Source: the human T2T-CHM13v2.0 reference genome, Homo sapiens
Direction: 5' to 3' (one strand)
NCBI RefSeq assembly: GCF_009914755.1
Contig: NC_060941.1
Length of the DNA: 64,000 nucleotides
Shown here: positions 11,892-26,238 of the stretch, piece by piece
Layout: each line of letters opens with the position of its first letter
How positions within the stretch are numbered: position 1 is the stretch's first letter
Notes under the pieces: model-generated
What the model was told of the DNA's origin: nothing
Databases searched by the model: none
What the model saw: the letters and a program-made list of their open reading frames with translations, nothing else
Position numbers and translations under genes: made by a program

Positions 11892-13239
11892 GTTCTGCTG
11901 GGCTCCCATTGTCACCACCACTGAACAGAGGAGGAAACTGGCGCTCCCAGGCCAGACAGCTGAGTGGACGAGTGGAGGCGCTGGATTCACCTTCGTCCTC
12001 TCCCACTCCCCACACTGCTTTTGTTCAGATACCGACAAAGGTAGTGCCACCTGCTGCCTTTCTGGACTGTCCCCACCAGGACAGAACTTGAGCTACACCG
12101 AGGGGCTTCCTAGATGGGCTGAGTGAGTCGCCCCTCAGCCAGAGCTCTTCTCCATGACGTCAAGTACCTCCCATATCTCAGAGAGGCCCGTCCACTTCCC
12201 TCCCCTACTCCCTATGGCACAGACATGTGCCAGTAGCTCAGAGGTGCCCTGTGGAACTGCAGGAAGAGGGGGCACTCTACCCTTTCACAGGCTGCTCTCG
12301 CCCAGCAGCACCCCAGACAACAATGACCCAGCAGGGAAGTGCTTCCCAATTAACCAAGCCCTGTCCTCGGTGTCCTTTCATTTGTCCCTCACAGCATCTC
12401 TGGGGAGGATGACAGATGAGGAACCAGGTCTATGAAGAATTTCTTGCTTGGGTCACACGGTTGGCAAGTGGTAGGAGCTGGAGCAGGGCAGGGCCTAATT
12501 CCAACACCCATGCTCATGCCTCGACACACTAGGCTCCTTCTCAGGGGACAGAAAAGGAAGAAAGGGCACCCCAGCCTTAAAACCTTCCACCCCGGGGGTC
12601 CAGGACCACTCCTCATCCATGCTGACCTATCCCGGGGTGCTGTGGAACCCAGGGCCAGTGCATAGCGCCTCCCATGCAGGCCACCTCTGGGAAGCTTGGG
12701 AACAAAATCCACCCGCCTTTGATCCCTCGATTACTCATCCCAGCCACTCTGAACTTGAATCCCTCCTGCTCCCCGTCATCATCCATAAACTCGGTGAGAG
12801 TGCTCCCCACTCCACCCAAGCTTCAGATCTGTCAGGATATGGGCTTATATGCCGCTTCCCCCCACCCACCTCCCTGAGGTTGGTACGATTTATGCTTGTG
12901 CAGGAACTTGCCCTCTAAGTTCAAGGTGGATGCACACTGACTCTGCCTCAGGGGTAGAGGAGACATTTTGGCTCGCTGCTTGAGGTATTTAAACTGCCCC
13001 CTGCCCTTCACCACCATCACCACTTTATAGTAAGAAAGCTGAGGCCCAGAAAAGTGAAAGAACAGGAAGTTACTGACAAAGTTAGGACCAGACGTCAGGT
13101 CTCCCAGCTTCCAGCCCCCCATCTCCAAATAATGCTCAAGAATGACAGCTAGCAGCTATGCAAAAATTTGATCTGGCTCATAACTAACTTGTGTAAAAAT
13201 GTTAATCAATTGCTGGCACCTAATGTGCACACACTGAAT

Positions 13240-13645
<406 letters not shown>

Positions 13646-13789
13646 CTATTTTGGCTGTGGGAACTTGTGTGTCTTGGATAGCTTAGAAACAGAAGGGGGT
13701 CGTCAAGAAGACGAGATGGGCAAACAACCCCATTCCCTGCGCCCAGGCTCCCAGCCTCCCCCCTGCTTCCCGGAGCCCTACCTGGTGCC

Positions 13790-14269
13790 CTACTTGCAGG
13801 TGTGCACGTCGTAGATGCGAATACACTCCTGGCAGCTGACGTAGCAGCACCAGTGGAAGATGCAGTGGCATTTTTCCTTCCGCTTCTCCGTCCTCGTGTT
13901 GTGGCCCCGGCCACAGCAGAGCAGATCGCAGCCATCGATGCCGTGGGAGGTGACATTGCAAGTCCGGTCCCTTGTGCCAAAGGAACCCGTCTCTGGGTTG
14001 GGCTCACAAAAGTTGGGGGAGTTCTCGTAGTAGACCAGGTCCCTCTCCGTGGGTGGCTTGAAGAGCGAGTACTTGGCCCGGAGGGTCTCCACCCAGCCTC
14101 GGGACTCACGGTGCTTCTCTACTACCATCTCCGAGGCGCTGTCATACTTGTCCTTGAGGAAGTCACCGATGGCACGGAAGTCAGGCTGCGCCCACCAGCA
14201 GGTCTTCACCTCACAGCTGCCCGACAGCCCGTGGCACTTGCATTTGAGGTGCATGTGGTCCAGGATAGT
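13790..14269 (-). CDS. WNT3: WNT3 exon 4 coding part ([19 protein letters not shown]...YDVHTCK-stop); the exon extends to 13782
   Basis: Wnt signature [10 protein letters not shown] containing the palmitoleoylated Ser; acceptor CAG at 14272-14270; TAG at 13792-13790; donor GTAGGG at 13781. Confidence 0.99.
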   Translation of the reverse strand, partial: TILDHMHLKCKCHGLSGSCEVKTCWWAQPDFRAIGDFLKDKYDSASEMVVEKHRESRGWVETLRAKYSLFKPPTERDLVYYENSPNFCEPNPETGSFGTRDRTCNVTSHGIDGCDLLCCGRGHNTRTEKRKEKCHCIFHWCCYVSCQECIRIYDVHTCK

Positions 14270-14491
14270 CTGGGGGAGAGAAGTGGCAGCTGGCCAACAG
14301 ACCGACCCCACGAGGGGGCACATCCAGGCCTTCCCTCTCTGCCACTGCCCACCCCCTTCCCTCCAGCCTTCTCTACTCCTCTGTGACAGGAAGAGAACTG
14401 ATGGGGACTGAGGCAAGACCTAAAGAATAGTGACCATGTTTCCCTCCCCCTTCACACCCCAAGCATGGGTAGACAGCACGTCCACTTCTCA

Positions 14492-14839
<348 letters not shown>

Positions 14840-15251
14840 TTAACACATGGGGAAACTGAGGCTGGGAACTTAACGTGACTCACCCTAGATCATACAAGCA
14901 TAGTAAGGGAGTGGAGGCTGAATTCAAAGCCAGGTTCCCAGGACTTGACAGCCCTACACCGCGTGCCAAGGTGCACAGGATGGGTGGTGGGTGGCACCTG
15001 ATCCCACGGGGTGGCCATGCTCCCAGGCCGACTCATCCCGGGTGGGGTGGAGTCCAGGAACTGCCCAAGGAGGAAGGAGGGTGGACAGACGAAGTGGCTG
15101 TGGGGTGGGGAGGAGGCCAAGCCTGGCCAAGGGGAAAAGGAGCCCGCGACCCACAGGGCTGCCGGAAGGGGTGAGGTGGGGGCCAGGGCAGCTCCGGAGG
15201 GGAAGCGGGGGGCTGCTCCCTGAAGGGTTTGGGGAGGGTAGCCGGGCTCAC

Positions 15252-15517
15252 CGTGCGGCCCGCCTCGTTGTTGTGCTTGTTCATGGCCGAGCGCGCGTCC
15301 GGCCTGTTCTCGCGCGCATCCGCGAACTCCCTGGACACTAACACGCCGAAGTCAGCGTCCTCGCTGCAGCCGCCCCACTTCCAGCCTTCGCCAGGCGGCC
15401 CCTTATGATGCGAGTCACAGCCGCAAATGGTGGAGGTGCCCTCGGCGCAGGAGCGGGTGACGGCGAAGGCCACGCCGGCCGAGGCGATGGCGTGAACGAA
15501 GGCCGACTCGCGGGTGG
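15252..15517 (-). CDS. WNT3: WNT3 exon 3 (ATRESAFVHAI...HNNEAGRT), 266 nt
   Basis: Wnt motifs RESAF, WKWGGCS and HNNEAGR; CAG acceptor and GTGAGC donor; phases join exons 2 and 4. Confidence 0.99.
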
Positions 15518-16399
15518 CTGCGGGGAGGTCGTGGGGAGGCAGCACTCAGGACCCGGCCTGGGAGCGCCTGCCCTGCCTCCACCTCCCAGGCCAGGACGTG
15601 AGGGGAACGAGGCCAGGAAGAGTTGAAGAGCTCACCAGCCCTGAGGCAAGAGGGAGGCAGCTTCCCCACCCTCTTTGGCTGGTTTAGACCCAGTTGGGTA
15701 TTCCCACTTCACCGATGAGCAAACTGAGGCCCTGGGCTGCTGATTAGCTCAGGACCTCAAATGCCACAGGGCAAAGCAGTGCCTGTTAGAAACAGGCGCC
15801 GACACCAAAGCTCTGGCAGGTTGCTGCAGAGATAAGGCAGCCACTTCTGTCCTGGTCCCACACCCCCTGCCCTCCACCTTCCCAAAGTCCAGAGACCACC
15901 CTGCACAGGCCTGAGCCCTCCCACGCCTGAGTGAGATCCAGGTCTGTAAGGAGGGAGGCCTGGGAATCTACAGCCTAAACCTGCCCAGGCCCACCCCTTC
16001 CGCACGTGGATGCATAGGGACGGCCCCTCTCCTTTTCTCGGTCTCAGTCGCCCTTTTTGTAAAATGGACACGGCTTCCCTCCGCTCCTAGAGCCCCTCAC
16101 CAGGAGGGCAGTGGCCCGTGCCTCAGTCTCCCCATCCCCATTCTCCTGCCCTCACGCCCAGGCACGGCCAACTCCCTCCCAGAAGGGTAGGGACACCGGG
16201 CAGTTCCCCTGGTTCTGTCCCAGGGTCCAGCGCAGGGAAAGGAGAGACTCTCAAGGGTGTGCTCCAGCCTCCTCACAACGGTCATCGTCTCTGCATGTGC
16301 TTCATTCACATGGAAAGTTTTACTCATTTTATAGATGTGGACATTGACGATTAGGGAGGCCAAGGCCTGCAAGACCTGCAGCCCAACCATCTCTCTCCT

Positions 16400-18010
16400 C
16401 ATGGCAGGACCCGGGATCCGGAGGTGACTCGCCACCTGACACAGGCTGTGAAACGCCGGGCCGGCCTAGTCGGCAAAATTGGTCATAAATGTGACCAAAT
16501 TTATTTAGAAGCCAGGCGCCCGCCTCCCCTCCTGGGCTGTTGGCCGAGTGCTGCAAGAAGGAAGCCCGGGACCCCTCTTGGCTCCCGCGGCCGCTCTCCG
16601 CGGCCCCCACGCCCTCCTGAGCCACCTACAGAGGGGCCCGTCCCACTTCCAACGACGGGAGGGCGAAGAGTGCAGAGCTGGTCCCGCCCGCGCCCCGCGC
16701 CTGCGCTGCCAGGGCCGACCGAGGACGGCGGCAAGGGGGCCCGACGTCCCGCGTCCAGTTGTGCTCCCGGCCTCGGGGTCCCAGCCGCGCCGCTCACTCG
16801 CCCCAATCCTAGACGCCCCAGCCCTGGGGGCGCCTCGGGGAAGAGGGGCCGAGGGCGGGTTCACAGGGCGGGCGCCCCTCGTTTCCGGCCGGCCTGCGGC
16901 CTCTCGCGGCGGCAGCGGCGCCCGGGCCCCGGGCCGCGCTGGGTTCCCAGCCCCGGGAACGCGGGGGCGGCGGGGGCGGGGCGGGGATTAGCCTGGGAGC
17001 GGCGCTGACAGCCCCGCTGTGCCTTCCCCGTCCGGCGGGGCCCGCTGGGCCGCTCAATCCGCCTTTGTTCGCGCGGTGTCACACCGCATTACCCGCATAA
17101 TGCGGCCGCCGGGCCCGGGCCGCCGGGCCGGCCGCCACCGCGTAGCAACGGGCGGCTCCCGCGGCCGGGCCGCGCCCCCGGCCCCGGCGCCGGGCCGCGA
17201 AATCCCCATTGAAGCGGCGCCCCCCGCCCCCGCGCCGCGCCGCGCCGCGCCGAATGGCCAGAGGGCGTGTGAATGGCGCGGCGGCCGCGCGGTGGGGGGG
17301 CGGTGCTCGGGCGCTTTTCAGGCCGCCCAGGCCCCTCCGGCGCCCGCCCCCGCCCCTGCCCCCGCCCCCGCCTGGGGAAGCGCCTCGGGCCCGCCGCGCC
17401 GCCGCCGCGCCTCGCCCCTTCCGGCCGCCGACCCCGCCGCCCCCAGACTCGCGGAAGACGCGCGCCCCGGGCTGCCCGACCCGCTGCGCCCCGGGTCTCA
17501 AAGCGCGGGGCAGAGATTAACCCTTGGCCGCCCACGCGGCGGTGGTGTGGGGACTCGCCGGGGGCGGGGTGCAAACGTGGGGCCGGAGCTGGGCGCGAAC
17601 CTGGGTTCAAGGTCCGGGCTCTGGGCACCGACCGGGGCGCGTATGCGCTCGCGGCGTCTTCCGGGATGCTCTCCTCGCCGCCGCCAGCAAATTCCCAAAC
17701 TCTCGGGCACACATCGCCCCTCCCCCCGCAACCCAAACCTGTCCTCGGGCCATCTAGGGACCGGGGCGTGTGCCAGAACCTACGGTGGTGACTTAAAACG
17801 TTCAACGCGGAGTGAATGGGTAGCGCTCCCAGAGCCGCTTTCCCCTGGCTCTTGGCCGGAGACGGGAAGAGCGATCAGAGGTGACTCGCTTTTGGGGAGC
17901 GCGTCTAGACGCAGGGTTGTTTGATTCAGCGCTACCTGGCCCGAGGAGGGGCACCGGAAAGCGCTGAGACCAACACACCGACAAGAACGAGTTTGAAATG
18001 CAAACCGCCG
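16400..18010. promoter_or_regulatory. Intragenic CpG island in WNT3 intron 2
   Basis: Very high GC and CpG density with many GC boxes. Confidence 0.9.
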
Positions 18011-19131
18011 CCACTTGGCCCCAATTAAGAGGCCAAATCTTTTATGTCAACAAGGAATAATTAGTTTTGGCAATAGAAGCGTAAACAGAATCATCATCCA
18101 TTGATTTGCTAATTACCCTCCTGTCCCATGACAATAGCCAGCACTTTGCCTGTAGGTGGGACAGACCCTGAGCACCTGAGGCACCGGTAAAGGGGAACTG
18201 CACTCTAAAATGGGGGTTGTCAGCTTCCCCCCCAACCCCACCCAGCACCCCACCCCTTCACCTGAACGTCAGATCCCTTTTCTTTCTGGCTGTATAGGCA
18301 GCTCTCATTCATTCCCTAGCTTCTAATAGGAGGGAGGGCCAGGCTCAGCGGTTTGGGTGGCAGAGCAACTCTGGCTGTGGCCAGCCCGGCCAGGATCGTT
18401 AAATTCCTGGACACTGCCGTTCCACAAAGAGCTGCCCATCTTCCACCCAGTCCATGAGCCCCCAAGTCCCCTTCTTGGGAGGAGTTGTCCCACTTAGCCT
18501 CCCTCCCAGGGCCTGCAGGTTCAAAGTCAAATCATGTGGTTCCCTGTCCACTTGAGGCACAGCCAGTTAGACTCCCAGGCTGCAAGACGGCCGGAAAGTT
18601 ACCCAGAGGCCAGTGCACCCTCTAGCCCCACCATGATTCCTGGGCATATCCAGCTGACAGGGCATGAGGATGAACAGAAACCCAGAGGGGCTCTTGGGGG
18701 CAACGCAATGCTACCACAGCACCAGGCAGCTTCCTCACCTACTGAGGACTTTCTAGATGGGAGGGACCTAGGGGTGGCAATGCTCTCACCCCCACCCCAA
18801 AGCGGTATTTGCATAGCACTTAACACAGCATTGGGGAAATGTCACAAATGTCCACAGCAGGAGCCTGAGGCGCCCACTGTGCAAAAGCCAGGAAGGAAGT
18901 CTGTGGCCTTCTTGGTGTCGGCCCTCAAACCTCAGGATCCTGGAGCATCTCAAGGCGGCCCAGCCCCCAGCAGCGCCTGGGAAGGTGTGGCAGTCATGCA
19001 ACCAAATTTATCACCCTCCCAGAGGGACCCTGGCTTCAGAGAAGAGGCACCCTGACTGGGGTGGAAGGGCATACAGTCCTGATCCCTCCCCCCACCCAGC
19101 CCCTCCCCCCCCCTCAGCCCCAAGGCAGTAC

Positions 19132-19373
19132 CTTTGTCGAGGACGGGCCCAAAGATGGCCAGGCTGTCATCTATGGTGGTGCAGTTCCAGCGGCGGCCCC
19201 GGAACTGGTGCTGGCACTCCTGGATGCCCAGCTTCACGCCCTCGGCCACGCTGGGCATGATCTCGATGTAATTGCGGCAGAAGCGCAGTTGCTTGGGGAC
19301 CAGGCCTGGGATGGAGCCGCAGAGCAGGGGCTGTGAGCCCAGAGATGTGTACTGCTGGCCCAGGGCCAGGGAC
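19132..19373 (-). CDS. WNT3: WNT3 exon 2 (SLALGQQYTSLGSQPLLC...FGPVLDK), 242 nt
   Basis: Wnt motif ECQHQFRGRRWNC; acceptor CTGCAG and donor GTACTG; residues match WNT3 rather than WNT3A. Confidence 0.99.
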
Positions 19374-19811
19374 CTGCAGGCAGACAGAGGGTAGTAACAC
19401 TGTGGGCACAAAGCACAGAGCCCATCCTGGGCACCATGGCCGCTTTGTGAACCCTCCGGGGTAGGTGGAGAGGCAGAGGGCCTGTGCCCTGGCACCTGAA
19501 TGTGCTACCTTTGACCTCGGGAGCATGCCGCCCCTCAAAGCGCAGAGCTCTGACCCACGCAAGTCAGCCCTCTGGCTGCATCCAGCTTGCAGGGGGATGG
19601 GACCGCAGAAGCCGCTTGTGGGGGCCCTTGGGGGCAATGCAAAGCCATGAAAAGAGGTTTGGACTAGAAAGATGGTATTTGGGGCCCAGATCCAGTCCTT
19701 TCCAGGTTCTGGGTCCAGCTTCCCTGATGGGCATTGAAGAGATCAGGCTGGGCAATTTCCAAGGCAGTCCAGGATACTGGGGCCACATGGACACTTCCAG
19801 TGACTCATGGG

Positions 19812-19839
19812 ACACGCGCGCGCGCGCACACACACACAC
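19812..19839. repeat. (CG)6(CA)n alternating purine-pyrimidine tract
   Basis: Read directly from the sequence. Confidence 0.9.
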
Positions 19840-20973
19840 TACCCTTGGCAATGCCCTCAGCCTCTTCCCTGCGATGGTGCCAGCCCAGCCCAGAGCCTCC
19901 CAGTATCTCCCCAAGGAATTGCTGGCTTGCACCAAGTCCTTTGTCTACCAGGGCCTCCATGACCATCTTTCCAGTTTCCTAGAAGTTTCTAGAGCTCCAC
20001 CTCTTTTCTCATGAGAGACTGGAGCTTGGCTTTGTGTCAAAACAAGTTTAGCACAGAGTCAGAAGGGAGATCTCAGATCTCACTGCCCACACCCAACACC
20101 AGGTGACTGGTCAATTCACTCCATTCCTCTGCCCCTCGCTTTGTAATCAATATCCCATCAACTCTCTCAGGTTTTATAGTCAACAACAGAAAGAATGACC
20201 TTATGGGGGTGGGGCAGAAGAGTTTAAAATACTAGAAAACCAAGGTAGGAATTACGACTTTTCCGTTCCCTGCCCTCAGCACAGGAACAGCAGAAATGAC
20301 ATTTTCTGGGAGAACCTGAGAAAATGATCCGTGAGTGTCAGTGGCCTTCAAGGACAATTGCAATCTGCTCTATGACCAGGGGCAGTGTGAGCTGGAAGAA
20401 GGGGCCCATCTCCTCTCCCTCTGTGTCCAGCACTGACCAAGGCTTTGGTCCAGCATTGGCCTAAGTCAAGTTTCCCACAAAAAGTGATGGGCAAAAGCCT
20501 CGGAAAGAGGGGCCGGGAGAAGACCCCATGGGGCAGGGTGAGGTTTTTTGTGTGCTTTTTAGTACACAAAAGCTTCTGGGCTGGACACAGGGCCGAGCCA
20601 AACATCTGCCATTTGGCAACTGTTACTGCTTGCCAGGCACTTTATATACAACATTTCTGATCAATTCCCAAACATGAAGAACATCACTATCTCCTGGACT
20701 AGGAAACTGAGGTTTAGAGAGTGAATTAGCTTGCCTACGGCTTTTTGGTCTGTGGTGGGTCAGAGAGTGCCATGTGCCTTCCCCCGGGTCCCTCCTCCAT
20801 ACTTGAGCTTGATGTTGGCCTTGGCCAATTCGTGGAGACTCCAAGGCACAGAGCTCCCTGGGCACCGTGCAGGGGCATGCTACCCATCCACCTTGGTTGT
20901 CTCCAGGCTCAGTTGTCAGGGGGAGAGGCAGGTTCTCCTTTTTCCATTTGTTTATTTTGGGTGGAGGAACTGA

Positions 20974-21376
<403 letters not shown>

Positions 21377-22429
21377 CAGAAGTTCTGATTTATCGGTGGT
21401 AATGGCTAATTACTGATTTCCCCGGTGCCTGGCCCTGAGCAGAGGCTTTTCCTTGGGTTTGCCTCATTTAATCCTCAAAATAGCCCCAGCACAAAGTAGG
21501 GTCATTATTAGCCCCATTTTACAGATGGCTTAGCCTTGCAGGTTGATGAAGCACCCCAGACCACAGAGCTCCTATGGAATTGCTGGTTGGAACCCAGGGT
21601 GTCAGACTCCAGAGCCCATGGGGGTCATCACTATGTGACCCTGCCTGCTGGGCAGTGCCTGCCTGGGTCTTCATGGGGTGAAGGTGGCTTCAGGCCTGGC
21701 CCATCTGCACCCTGGGCCTCCATACTGAGCACATGCCTGAGTGGGTAGAGTCAGTGAGCCCAGAGCCCTGATGGGCACACGGCGCACACAGCACTGCCCC
21801 TGCCCTGTTAGAAGCAGGTTAGAGTGATCATATAATCCCTGTGGTTTATTATGGGCCTATCATGTGCTGGACACAGTTCTGAGTGCTTGTGTCTGTTACC
21901 TTATGTAATCCTCACGGCAGGTCTGTAATAAAAACTTCATTATCATCGCCATTGTCCCATTTCCAAGATAAGGAAACTGAGGCCAGGGAGCTAAGTACCC
22001 TGCCCTGTCTGCCAGGCTGCAAAGGTCCCCGTTGAGCCTCCCTCTGGGCTCAGGCTGCCCCTCCCGTGCTCTTAAGCAGCATCTCCAGCCCAGCCCTGCT
22101 GTGCCAGCTGCCCCCACAGCCCTGCAATCACTGGAGGGGAAACTGAGGGAGAGTTCAGTGCAGACAACTCGGCCTTGCACCATCCTAGATGGGCAGCTCA
22201 GGAACAAGACCCAGGGAAGAAGCCTGGGCTGTCCCCGCTCCTTCCTCTGGTGTTTGGGACCCAGAGCCCTATATGGGACCACTGGAGCGGAGAGCTGAGG
22301 CGGGAGTGAGAGGCACTCGGAGACCCTTCCTCTGCCCTCCTCCTTCCCCTCCCGTTGCCTTCCTGCCTCCTCCTTCCTCCCCCTCTCCCAGCCCTTGCTT
22401 GACACCTTCTGCAGGCCTGGGCACCCTCA

Positions 22430-22862
<433 letters not shown>

Positions 22863-23079
22863 TTACCTCCCTCAGGGTCCCAGGTGGGTCTTCGCAGCCC
22901 AGCAGAGCACCTGAGCTCTGGCACACTGCCTGCATGGCTTGATTGGCCTCAAAGGTCGGAGTGCTTCCCAGACATCTCCAGGAAGAAGGTGCCACTGAGC
23001 CCTTCCTGCTGTGCAGACGCAGTCTCTCCTCTGCCCCACAGGGATTTCCTTCTGTCCCCACAGTTACCCGGATACTGGC

Positions 23080-23290
23080 AATACTAATGACAACTATTTA
23101 TGTAGCACTTGCTCTGTGCCAGTCACTTCAAATACATAATCTCACTGAATCCTCACAACAACTCTGGGAGGTGGGCATTGTTATCCCCATTTTGCAGATG
23201 AGGAAACTGAGGCATGGAGTAGTTGGGCGACTTATGCAAGGAAGTGGCTGAGCCAGAATTCAAGCCCTGAGTTTGTCTGACTCCCAGTGT
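23080..23290. mobile_element. MIR
   Basis: Core CCCATTTTGCAGATGAGGAAACTGAGGC. Confidence 0.75.
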
Positions 23291-24516
23291 GATGTCCTCT
23301 GAGAACAATTCCTGAGCCTCAGTCATGATGAGCTGTTTTCCCTCTTTCCACCAAACCCTGTCTCCTTCCTGTTGCCCAGGTCCCACCAACTGTGGACCTG
23401 GGAGCCATGGTGCCAGGGTCCCATCCAGCTCTACCACTTCCTAGCTGCTGATCTCAGCAATTTTCTTAACCTCTATACCTCAGTTTCTTTATCGGTAAAA
23501 TAGACACGACAGGAGGAATAAGTGACACAATCCAGTGCATGGCACGTGGGGAGCCCTTGCTAGATGGTGGTTGCTATGGTTACGGTGTGTGTGGAGCTGT
23601 CCCCAGCACTTTGTTCCCTGCCTTGTCACCAACCTCATTTCTCCCATCCTTGCATCCCTGACTTGGTAGAACACATCAGAAATCTCAGCCCCTTCCTATC
23701 CAACACTGGAAAGGATGCCTGGATCAGACCTCAGTCCTCACAGGGGTGGCAGAACAAAGACAGTTGTGATCTGGATGAGGGTTCAAGGTCACTCAAAGAG
23801 TGCAGGCAAAAGGACATTTTCAGGATGCTCCATTCAAAGGCTTCAGTTCAGATGGGGTCATCCTGCGAGTAATTAGCAAGGCCTCTGGCGATGGGGCTTA
23901 GCTCCTGGGCCAGTGTCGGAGACTAAAGAGGCTGTGGCCATGGGATTGATTTCTGCAGGATGGCTGCCCTTCCCCAAACATGCCCGGCCACCCCCACCCT
24001 GAGCCTCCTGCCCGCACACTGCTGAAATTCCACCATCGCAGACACATTACTTTAACTCGCCACTCCTATTCCCCATTATTGAAGTACACGTTCCACTTCG
24101 GGAGGCGGCACAGTGACTCTCATGCTCCTCGATTCTTTGTGCCAAAGTGTGCGTGGCTTTGACGGATTTGCCTAGCCAGCTGAATGACTCCAGCGGGGCT
24201 GTTTCACACTTCTGCACATTTGCACATGCTGAGCCCTCGGCTCGAAGCACCTCTCCACTGCCCGGCCCCCGGCAACCATTCTACACCATCCTTCGAAACC
24301 TGATTCCTAGGTCACCACCATTCTAAAGCCTTCTGTGAGCTCCAGACAGAAGTCACCTCTCCTCCGCCTGAATCTTTCCTGTACCTAATTCAAACCTTCT
24401 TATCCCAAAGTGCTGAACTGATTTGTTTCCAATTCCATCTGGCTATGCCAGTCTCAGTCTCCAAGAAGAGAGGTAGTGGTAGTGTTTTCTCCAGTTATTC
24501 CCCGGTCCCTACCCCA

Positions 24517-24518
<2 letters not shown>

Positions 24519-24558
<40 letters not shown>
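24519..24558. repeat. (AC)n microsatellite, ~20 units
   Basis: Read directly from the sequence. Confidence 0.95.
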
Positions 24559-24560
<2 letters not shown>

Positions 24561-25113
24561 CAGCCCACTCGGTCTTCCAAAGGGCCGGGCACATGCTAGG
24601 TATTCATGATTCTGGAGGAAAGGAATGAAGAACTCTTCCAAAGGACGAGCCTGATGCCCCTCACTCGCCAGACCTCCCGGCATCCGGAGCTTCCGCCTAC
24701 ACACAGGACAAGACTCCTTGGTTCCGCTCAGGAAGTTCCTACGTTTAGGATCTGAGATGATGGCCAGGCTCCCAAGGGGGATAGAGACCTGCCTGGCACT
24801 GACAGCTGGTGAGGGGGAGGGCGGAGGACCCTGCCAGGCCTTCGCAGCTGGGCCAGGGGCTATTTATACCCAGCTCCTGGCCCGGCCCTTCCCTTCCCTA
24901 GGACCCTGCCACCCTCCTCCTGAAGCCGGCTCATCCTCCACTCCGACCACCCACTGCCCAGCTGGGCCAAGGACACACACGGGCAGCCAGGCGGATGGGC
25001 TGCGGGTGCCCTGCACAACGGGCTGCTTGTGGAAACTTTGGTGTTGACCCCTTGGAGTGAAATATCCCTCCACAAATAGGCAAGACCTAAACCTTGTGCA
25101 TGGCCTTATCTAA

Positions 25114-25509
<396 letters not shown>

Positions 25510-25958
25510 ATAGAGAACATTTTTAGAGAACATTTTTAATCAGTGAATTCAGGTCAGCCTGGATGCTGCATTGACTTACGCACCTAACATATGGTGAGAC
25601 ACCTAAAGGCACCCTGTACAGTGCGTCCTGCCTGATCTGACACTGGGGTTGTTGGCCTCAGATGCTGCCGTCCACCCAGTGACGGCCAATCCCCTGCTGA
25701 TGGGGGTCTGACTGTGCTGCCAGGGACACCCACTGTGCTGCCAGCACCCACTCCCCTGAGTGATCCATTAGGGTAGGCAGTCCTGCACCCAACCAGGTGG
25801 CCTCCCAAATGGAATCACACACAATCTCCCTCCTCTCCCCTACATACAGAACATATGAAAAGAGGGCCCTGTCCCTCAAAAAGTTAAACATAGAATCACC
25901 CTATAATCCAGCAATGCCACACCTGGTATACGCCCAAAAGAATTGAAAATGGGGACTC

Positions 25959-26238
25959 CGCCCAGGTGCGGTGGCTCACGCTTGTAATCCCAGCACTTTG
26001 GGAGGCCGAGGCGGGCGGATCACGAGGTCAGGAGATCGAGACCACGGTGAAACCCCGTCTCTACTAAAAATACAAAAAATTAGCCGGGCGTGGTGGCAGG
26101 CGCCTGTAGCCCCAGCTACTCAGAGAGGCTGAGGCAGGAGAATGGCATGAACCTGGGAGGCAGAGCTTGCAGTGAGCTGAGATGGCGCCACTGCGCTCCA
26201 GCCTGGGTGACAGAGCAAGACTCTGTTTCAAAAAAAAA
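25959..26238 (+). mobile_element. Alu (Y-like) inside the L1 fragment
   Basis: GGATCACGAGGTCAGGAGATCGAG; TSD GAAAATGGGGACTCC. Confidence 0.92.

Noticed and set aside
13802-14386. 194-aa + strand ORF
   Set aside because: Antisense shadow of GC-rich WNT3 exon 4; no independent gene signals
14270-14416. N-terminal extensions of the ORF-track WNT3 hits (also beyond exons 2 and 3)
   Set aside because: Intronic read-through outside the splice sites; not part of the spliced protein
16424-17924. Long overlapping ORFs (194, 301, 238 and 172 aa) on both strands
   Set aside because: Stop-codon scarcity in a CpG island; low-complexity Arg/Pro/Gly/Ala composition with no recognisable domain
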